A stretch of DNA of 12,346 bases from a virus (Duplodnaviria > Heunggongvirae > Uroviricota > Caudoviricetes), in the IMG/VR virus record IMGVR_UViG_3300006217_000028; one strand, 5' to 3'. Positions 1 to 5,410 of the stretch are shown here, piece after piece. Position numbers and translations under genes: made by a program. Under the pieces are notes generated by a model. The model had not been told where the DNA came from, did no database searches, and worked only from the letters and a program-made list of their open reading frames with translations. The first letter of the stretch is position 1; the number at the start of each line of letters is the position of its first letter.

Positions 1-56
1 GTCAAGCCGCAATAAAGGATAGCTGTCATACCTCGCGAACCTATGGTGAGTATATA

Positions 57-86
57 GGAGGGGGTCTCTCAAAACACACCCCCTCC
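57..86. repeat. 9-bp inverted repeat/hairpin GGAGGGGGT-N12-ACCCCCTCC
   Basis: Bases 57-65 (ggagggggt) are the exact reverse complement of 78-86 (accccctcc). Confidence 0.7.
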
Positions 87-94
87 CTGCATCG

Positions 95-104
95 CGCCAC
101 CCCT
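95..104. other. Candidate cohesive-end (3' cos) site CGCCACCCCT
   Basis: GC-rich 9-10-mer in non-coding DNA just upstream of a possible TerS, an HNH nuclease and TerL, followed by an A-tract and an imperfect dyad (AAAAATTCTCCGGGGGATATTTT). It resembles the CGCCGNNCT-type 3' overhangs I recall for actinophages with the same protease-capsid fusion; that recollection is unverified. Confidence 0.4.
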
Positions 105-136
105 CAAAAATTCTCCGGGGGATATTTTCTAGAAAG

Positions 137-294
137 CATTCCGATTCCAGGGCTCTTTTAAGGACCTATTGGACACCCCTCCTATTGATATTTCATCGGC
201 GTACTCGGTTCGCCACGCTTTGTACTTTCAAATCCTTTCAGCAAAGCGATATATCGTCTTATAGGTCCTTAAAAGAGCCCTGGAAAATGGAATG
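137..294. repeat. Long inverted repeat: perfect 25-bp arms (145-169 / 261-285) with a 91-nt structured spacer
   Basis: ttccagggctcttttaaggacctat (145-169) is the exact reverse complement of ataggtccttaaaagagccctggaa (261-285). After a small internal loop, pairing extends by cattcc (137-142) / ggaatg (289-294). Confidence 0.92.
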
Positions 295-388
295 AAAATA
301 CCAGCAGTCTTTGTGAAAGGAGGCGGTTACTGCGAAAAAGACACAGATAAAATCCACGAACGCACGCACAAAGAAATCTCGCACGGCT

Positions 389-673
389 TTGACTCCAGAG
401 GCTCGGGAAAATCAACTGATGTCCCTTGCAACAGATTTAGTTGAGCAGCGACTCCGTGATGGCACCGCCTCCTCGCAAGAGGTGAGCACTATTATCCGGT
501 TGTGCTCGACAAAAGCTCGGCTGGAAAATGAGATACTTGAATTAAACAAGAAACTCATAGCCGCTAAAACGGAAGCTGTTGAATCGAGCAAGGATTTGAA
601 GCAGATGTATCAGGATGCGGTTAAAGCTATGAAGCGGTATAGCGGTCAAGGCGATGGCTATGATGAAACTTAG
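389..673 (+). CDS. Conserved phage protein (LTPEARENQL motif), possible terminase small subunit; the true start is probably near 326-332
   Basis: Helical, charged ~94-115 aa ORF, first gene after the candidate cos and overlapping the HNH gene. The frame is open back to 317 and a strong SD AAAGGAGG lies at 316-323. The TerS assignment rests on position only. Confidence 0.6.
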   Translation: MTPEARENQLMSLATDLVEQRLRDGTASSQEVSTIIRLCSTKARLENEILELNKKLIAAKTEAVESSKDLKQMYQDAVKAMKRYSGQGDGYDET

Positions 674-1079
674 AAGCTACGAGGAATTATCAAGGCTTAC
701 ATCCTTTGAAGAACGGTTTCGTTATTTGCAGCTAAACGGAAGCGTTGGGAAAGACACTTTTGGATTTGACCGATATCTGAATCAGAAGTTTTATCGTTCT
801 CCAGAATGGAAACGCGTTCGAGATCTGGTGATTGTAAGAGATAATGGATGCGACCTTGGAGTGGCAGGGTATACGATTCCAAGTCGAATTATCATTCACC
901 ATATGAATCCAATCACGGCAAGAGACATTGATTCTATGAGTGGATGTTTACTTAATCCTGATTTTCTGATTTGTACTACTCACCAAACACATAACGCAAT
1001 CCATTATGGAGATGAAAATTTATTACCGAAAGCTCCGGTTGAACGATACGCAAATGATACGTGTCCATGGAAACGTTGA
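654..1079 (+). CDS. HNH endonuclease (terminase-associated type)
   Basis: FYRSPEWKRVRDLVIVRDNGC, IHHMNP and LICTTHQTHNAIH give the typical HNH layout, close to terminase as in cos phages. The start may be ATG 660 or 663. Confidence 0.88.
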   Translation: MAMMKLRSYEELSRLTSFEERFRYLQLNGSVGKDTFGFDRYLNQKFYRSPEWKRVRDLVIVRDNGCDLGVAGYTIPSRIIIHHMNPITARDIDSMSGCLLNPDFLICTTHQTHNAIHYGDENLLPKAPVERYANDTCPWKR

Positions 1080-1095
1080 AAGGAGGGGTGCATAT

Positions 1096-1302
1096 ATGCA
1101 AGGCGTGGTCGTAAACTGTTTCCATACAGCGCTCAGAGATGCTCCCAGCCTTGACGCAAAACCGGTTGCCGATCTGGCCTGCCTAACAGAGATCGAGGTG
1201 GTCTTGGTCAGATCGAATAAGAGTTTCTATTGCGTGATAACCCCATCAGGCTGTGAGGGATTTTGCTCGAAGCAATATGTAGCAGTAAGGGAGCAGAGGT
1301 GA
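1096..1302 (+). CDS. Small (68 aa) stand-alone SH3b-like protein
   Basis: SD AAAGGAGG near 1078-1085 and ATG at 1096 (track ORF 1006 is over-extended). The pattern GVVVNC..ALRDAPSLDAKPVADL...EIEV....FY.V....EGFCSKQYV resembles bacterial SH3 domains. Confidence 0.6.
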   Translation: MQGVVVNCFHTALRDAPSLDAKPVADLACLTEIEVVLVRSNKSFYCVITPSGCEGFCSKQYVAVREQR

Positions 1303-1307
1303 CGGTT

Positions 1308-1661
1308 GTGGAAAGTATTCTCACATCAATAAAGAAGCTTTTGGGTATAACAGAGGATTATGAACATTTCGATGGCGAGTTGATGATACATATTAACTCT
1401 GTATTTGCGGTCCTAAATCAGCTTGGCGTCGGTCCGAATGCCGGTTTTGTAATAACCGACAAGAGTTCTGTGTGGACGGACTTTCTTAATGATGACAAGA
1501 CCTTGGAATTTGTAAAGACTTTTGTATACCTGAAAGTCAGGCTGCTGTTTGACCCACCGCAAAGCTCTGCTGTTATTGAGGCTATCAATAGACAGGCCAG
1601 TGAGTATGAGTGGAGAATATTGGTAGCGGCTGATTTAGATGGCAATAAGTATATAGAGTAA
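1308..1661 (+). CDS. Putative head-tail connector/adaptor protein (117 aa)
   Basis: SD GAGGTG at 1296-1301 and GTG at 1308. MESILTSIKKLLGI...LNQLGVGP...YLKVRLLFDPP...EYEWRI is a helical gp6/gp15-like pattern, and no other connector gene lies after the capsid gene. Confidence 0.6.
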   Translation: MESILTSIKKLLGITEDYEHFDGELMIHINSVFAVLNQLGVGPNAGFVITDKSSVWTDFLNDDKTLEFVKTFVYLKVRLLFDPPQSSAVIEAINRQASEYEWRILVAADLDGNKYIE

Positions 1662-1668
1662 TTTGTTT

Positions 1669-1699
1669 GGGGCTATGGAAACATAGCCTCTTTTCTTTT
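1669..1699 (+). terminator. Intrinsic terminator with GAAA tetraloop
   Basis: Stem ggGGCTATG-GAAA-CATAGCCtc followed by TTTTCTTTT, directly after the connector stop codon. Confidence 0.75.
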
Positions 1700-1722
1700 G
1701 TGTGGAAAGGAGGAATTTCAAA

Positions 1723-2346
1723 ATGGGCAACCTATTGACCCATCATGGTATCAAAGGCCAAAAATGGGGCGTACGTCGTTTCCAAAACAGAGACGGTACG
1801 CTTACTTCAGTTGGAAAGAAACGGTATGGAGATAATGACACCAAGACCCTTACAGAGAAAGGCGTTATGCGCCGGTTGAAGACCGACACCTCCGGCACCG
1901 GAAGTTCAACATCAAAATCATCTTCCGGTAAGAAATCTGTCAAGGATATGTCTGATGCAGATCTTACCAGTCAAGTCAAACGGATGAATCTCGAAAAGCA
2001 GTACAAGAAACTGTCAAAAGAGGATGCCGGTCCTTCAAAGCTTGAAAGCGCAAAGCGCGCCGTTGACTCTGCTTCGGGGCTTGTAAATCAGGCAAAGAAC
2101 ATGAACCGTTCTGGCTCAAAAAAGATACGTCCAGACCTTAGCAAGATGTCTGATAAGGACCTGCGTGATCTGATAACTCGCGAGAATCTGGAACGACAGT
2201 ACACTGATCTTTTCGGTAAAGACGCGGCAACAGTGTCACGCGGTAAGAAAATCTTCGACAACGTTCTGGAATATGGTGGTGGTGTTCTTGCTGTCGGCAG
2301 TTCGGCTCTTGGTATTGCTATGGCGATCAAGGAATTGAGGAAGTGA
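1723..2346 (+). CDS. HHGIKGQKWGVRR-motif phage protein (DUF7211-like), probable minor head/internal virion protein, 207 aa
   Basis: SD AAAGGAGG at 1706-1713 and ATG at 1723. N-terminal LTHHGIKGQKWGVRRFQN motif, two 22-aa repeats and a C-terminal Gly/Ala-rich hydrophobic helix. The DUF number is from memory. Confidence 0.65.
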   Translation: MGNLLTHHGIKGQKWGVRRFQNRDGTLTSVGKKRYGDNDTKTLTEKGVMRRLKTDTSGTGSSTSKSSSGKKSVKDMSDADLTSQVKRMNLEKQYKKLSKEDAGPSKLESAKRAVDSASGLVNQAKNMNRSGSKKIRPDLSKMSDKDLRDLITRENLERQYTDLFGKDAATVSRGKKIFDNVLEYGGGVLAVGSSALGIAMAIKELRK

Positions 2347-2350
2347 TACC

Positions 2351-4099
2351 ATGTCTCTTTCCAATACCGCCACCCCATATTATTACGGACAATTCCGAAA
2401 AGCGGTAATGAACGGCGAGATTCCAGTGTGCGATACGATAGTCATGGAAATGCAGCGGATAGATGAACTTATCGAGAATCCGCGGTATTACTACGATGAC
2501 GAAGCGGTAAACGGGTTTATCTATTTCTGCGAGGACGAGCTGACTTTGACAGATGGCGCCGACCTGCATCTGTTGGATACATTCAAACTTTGGGCAGAGC
2601 AAATCTTTGGATGGTACGAGTTTGAAGAGCGGAACGTGTACGAGCCATATCCGGATGGTCACGGAGGCCGTTATGTCAGAAAGCTAATAAAGAAGCGGCT
2701 GGTGAATAAGCAGTATCTTATCGTTGGGCGTGGAGCGGCAAAGACTCAGTATGCTTCCTATCTACAAAATTATTTCCTTAACGTTGATACAACGACTACA
2801 CACCAGATTACAACCGCTCCGACCATGAAACAAGCTGAAGAAGTGCTTTCTCCCATACGGACCTCCATCGTTCGGTCGAGGGGGCCAATGTTCAAGTTTC
2901 TCACTGCCGGATCTCTCCAGAATACCACTGGCTCAAGGGCAGATAGGGCACAGCTTGCGCCTACCAAAAAGGGTATCCAGAATTTCTTCAATGGTTCCCT
3001 CTTGGAAGTGCGCCCCATGAGTATCGATAAACTTCAGGGTCTACAGGTCAAGGTGGCAACCATAGACGAATGGCTGTCAGGCGATGTGCGGGAGAACCCT
3101 ATAACCGCAATCGAGCAAGGCGCCGCAAAGGTCGACGATTACCTTATTGTAGCGATAAGCTCGGAGGGCACGGTACGCAACGGTATCGGCGATTCCATCA
3201 AAATGGATTTGATGCGGATACTTCGTGGTGAAGACGGAGCCTATGAGCCAAACACTTCTATCTGGTGGTATAAGCTGGATTCAAAGGAGGAGGTTGGCGA
3301 CCCGGCTAAATGGGCAAAGGCAAACCCGAATCTTGGGCTTACTGTGAAGTATGATACCTATGAAAAAGAGGTTCGTCAGGCAGAACGCGACCCATCTACT
3401 CGAAATGATATCCTCGCAAAGCGATTCGGGATACCGACAGAGGGGTATACGTATTACTTCACATATGAAGAGACCCTTGTCCACCGCAGGAGAGAGTTCT
3501 GGAGAATGCCTTGTTCACTGGGGGCCGATCTATCTCAGGGCGATGATTTCTGTGCGTTTACATTCTTGTTTCCGTTGAAGAACGGCGAATTCGGGATAAA
3601 AACCAGAAATTACATTTCCTCGTCAACGATGGCGAAACTCCACATGGCAATGCGCGTCAAGTATGAAGACTTTATGAAAGAGGGAAGTTTGGTCGTACTT
3701 GAGGGCACAGTCCTTGATATGATGGAAGTCTATGAGGACTTAGACAATCATATAGCCAAGTGCGAGTATGACGTGTGCTGCCTTGGTTTTGACCCGTATA
3801 ACGCCCGGGAGTTTGTTGAGCGCTGGGAGACTGAAAACGGCCCATATGGGATTGAGAAGGTCATACAGGGAGCAAAAACGGAATCCGTACCTCTGGGTGA
3901 GCTTAAGAAACTCGCAGAGGAACGGATGCTTTTGTTTGACGAGGATTTGATGACCTTTGCCATGGGTAACTGTATTGCCATGGAAGATACCAACGGTAAC
4001 CGTAAGCTGATGAAGAAACGGTATGACCAAAAGATAGACGCCGTGGCGGCGATGATGGATGCGTATATCGCGTATAAGCTCCATAAGGACATGTTCTAA
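2351..4099 (+). CDS. terL: Terminase large subunit
   Basis: 582 aa with Walker A LIVGRGAAKT, Walker B VATIDE, and RNase H-like nuclease motifs GADLSQGDDF and KIDAVAAMMDA. Confidence 0.97.
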   Translation: MSLSNTATPYYYGQFRKAVMNGEIPVCDTIVMEMQRIDELIENPRYYYDDEAVNGFIYFCEDELTLTDGADLHLLDTFKLWAEQIFGWYEFEERNVYEPYPDGHGGRYVRKLIKKRLVNKQYLIVGRGAAKTQYASYLQNYFLNVDTTTTHQITTAPTMKQAEEVLSPIRTSIVRSRGPMFKFLTAGSLQNTTGSRADRAQLAPTKKGIQNFFNGSLLEVRPMSIDKLQGLQVKVATIDEWLSGDVRENPITAIEQGAAKVDDYLIVAISSEGTVRNGIGDSIKMDLMRILRGEDGAYEPNTSIWWYKLDSKEEVGDPAKWAKANPNLGLTVKYDTYEKEVRQAERDPSTRNDILAKRFGIPTEGYTYYFTYEETLVHRRREFWRMPCSLGADLSQGDDFCAFTFLFPLKNGEFGIKTRNYISSSTMAKLHMAMRVKYEDFMKEGSLVVLEGTVLDMMEVYEDLDNHIAKCEYDVCCLGFDPYNAREFVERWETENGPYGIEKVIQGAKTESVPLGELKKLAEERMLLFDEDLMTFAMGNCIAMEDTNGNRKLMKKRYDQKIDAVAAMMDAYIAYKLHKDMF

Positions 4100-4120
4100 A
4101 CCAGTATGTCCGCAATTTCA

Positions 4121-4162
4121 TAAGGAGGGAGCACCTACCGGAAACGAAGGTGATGCTATAAA
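4121..4162 (+). promoter_or_regulatory. Structured translation-initiation region of portal (two SD-like elements and a GAAA hairpin)
   Basis: TAAGGAGG at 4121-4128, hairpin 4130-4157 (CACCT/AGGTG stem, CG-GAAA-CG apex) that contains AAGGTG, and ATG at 4163. Confidence 0.5.
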
Positions 4163-5410
4163 ATGAATAACGAATCCATCGGTTCCAGGTTCAAACGAGC
4201 CTGGAATCTTTTTTTGAACCGAGATCCCACCTATGGATACGGTGATTATGGGTACAGCTCCGGCCGCAGGCCTGACCGCATCCGGCTTACCAGAGGGAAT
4301 GAGCGTTCTATTATCACCTCTGTTTATAACCGTATCTCAACGGACGCTGCGGCGGTTGATATCAAACACGTTCGTTTGGACAGTAATAGGCGTTTTCTGG
4401 AAGAAATCGACTCGAATTTCAATAAATGCCTTACCACAGAGGCCAACATCGACCAGACGGGCCGTGCCTTTATGCAGGATGTTGTGATGTCTATGTTGGA
4501 TGAAGGCTGCGTTGCGATTGTTCCTGTGGATACGGATACCGACCCGGATTCTACTGGGTCCTACAACATTCAGTCGATGCGGACGGGGCAGATCATTGAA
4601 TGGTATCCAGAGCATATCCGCGTCCGCGTATACAACGACAGAACTGGCCAGAAACAAGATGTTACTGTTCATAAGAGTTCGGCGGCTATAATAGAAAACC
4701 CATTTTATGCTGTGATGAACGAGCCTAACTCGACTATGCAGCGGCTTATTCGAAAACTGAATATTCTGGACGTTATAGACGAGCAGAGTGGATCGGGGAA
4801 GCTGGACATAATTGTCCAACTTCCTTTTTCTGTAAGGAACGACGTCAAGCGCAAGCAAGCTGAAGCAAGGCGGAAAGATCTTGAGGAACAGCTATCCAAA
4901 TCCAAATACGGCGTTGGATACATTGACACAACGGAGCATGTAACGCAGCTGAATCGCCCGGTTGAAAACAAGCTGATGTCCCAGATTGAATACCTAACGA
5001 GTATGCTTTTCAGCCAGTTAGGTATCACTCAGAGCATATTAGATGGTACAGCCGATGAGCAGACGATGCTGAATTATTATAACCGTACTATCGAGCCTAT
5101 TCTGTCTGCTATTACCACTGAACTAAAGCGTAAGTTCCTGACTAAAACAGCTCGCTCTCAAAAGCAGTCGGTTGAGTTCTATCGCGACCCGTTCCGTTTG
5201 GTACCGGTCAGCAGCATGGCTGAGATCGCGGACAAGTTTACCAGGAATGAAATCATGACGTCCAACGAGATCCGGCAGATTGCTGGTATGATGCCGTCCA
5301 GCGATCCGAAAGCCGACGAATTGAGGAACTCAAATCTAAGCGCTCCAAATGGGGGATACCCATCAAATTCCGAGAAGGAGGAAAATCAAAATGAAGCCAA
5401 AGAAGTATGA
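4163..5410 (+). CDS. Portal protein (HK97-type)
   Basis: 415 aa directly after TerL; GKLDIIVQLP, LFSQLGIT..IL.GTA and MTSNEIRQIAGM patterns are typical of HK97-family portals. Confidence 0.93.
   Translation: MNNESIGSRFKRAWNLFLNRDPTYGYGDYGYSSGRRPDRIRLTRGNERSIITSVYNRISTDAAAVDIKHVRLDSNRRFLEEIDSNFNKCLTTEANIDQTGRAFMQDVVMSMLDEGCVAIVPVDTDTDPDSTGSYNIQSMRTGQIIEWYPEHIRVRVYNDRTGQKQDVTVHKSSAAIIENPFYAVMNEPNSTMQRLIRKLNILDVIDEQSGSGKLDIIVQLPFSVRNDVKRKQAEARRKDLEEQLSKSKYGVGYIDTTEHVTQLNRPVENKLMSQIEYLTSMLFSQLGITQSILDGTADEQTMLNYYNRTIEPILSAITTELKRKFLTKTARSQKQSVEFYRDPFRLVPVSSMAEIADKFTRNEIMTSNEIRQIAGMMPSSDPKADELRNSNLSAPNGGYPSNSEKEENQNEAKEV

Noticed and set aside
170-315. Sigma-A promoter upstream of the first gene
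   Set aside because: TTGATA (185) and TTGTAC (220) have no acceptable -10 at 16-18 bp, and I found none on the reverse strand of the spacer.
1006-1095. Track-extended N-termini (1006, 1263, 1702, 5349, 9170, 9654)
   Set aside because: Each has a better downstream start with a properly spaced SD (1096, 1308, 1723, 5391, 9176, 9735).
2351-4099. Intein or intron in the large terminase
   Set aside because: The ORF is continuous, of ordinary length, with normal motif spacing and no splice motifs.
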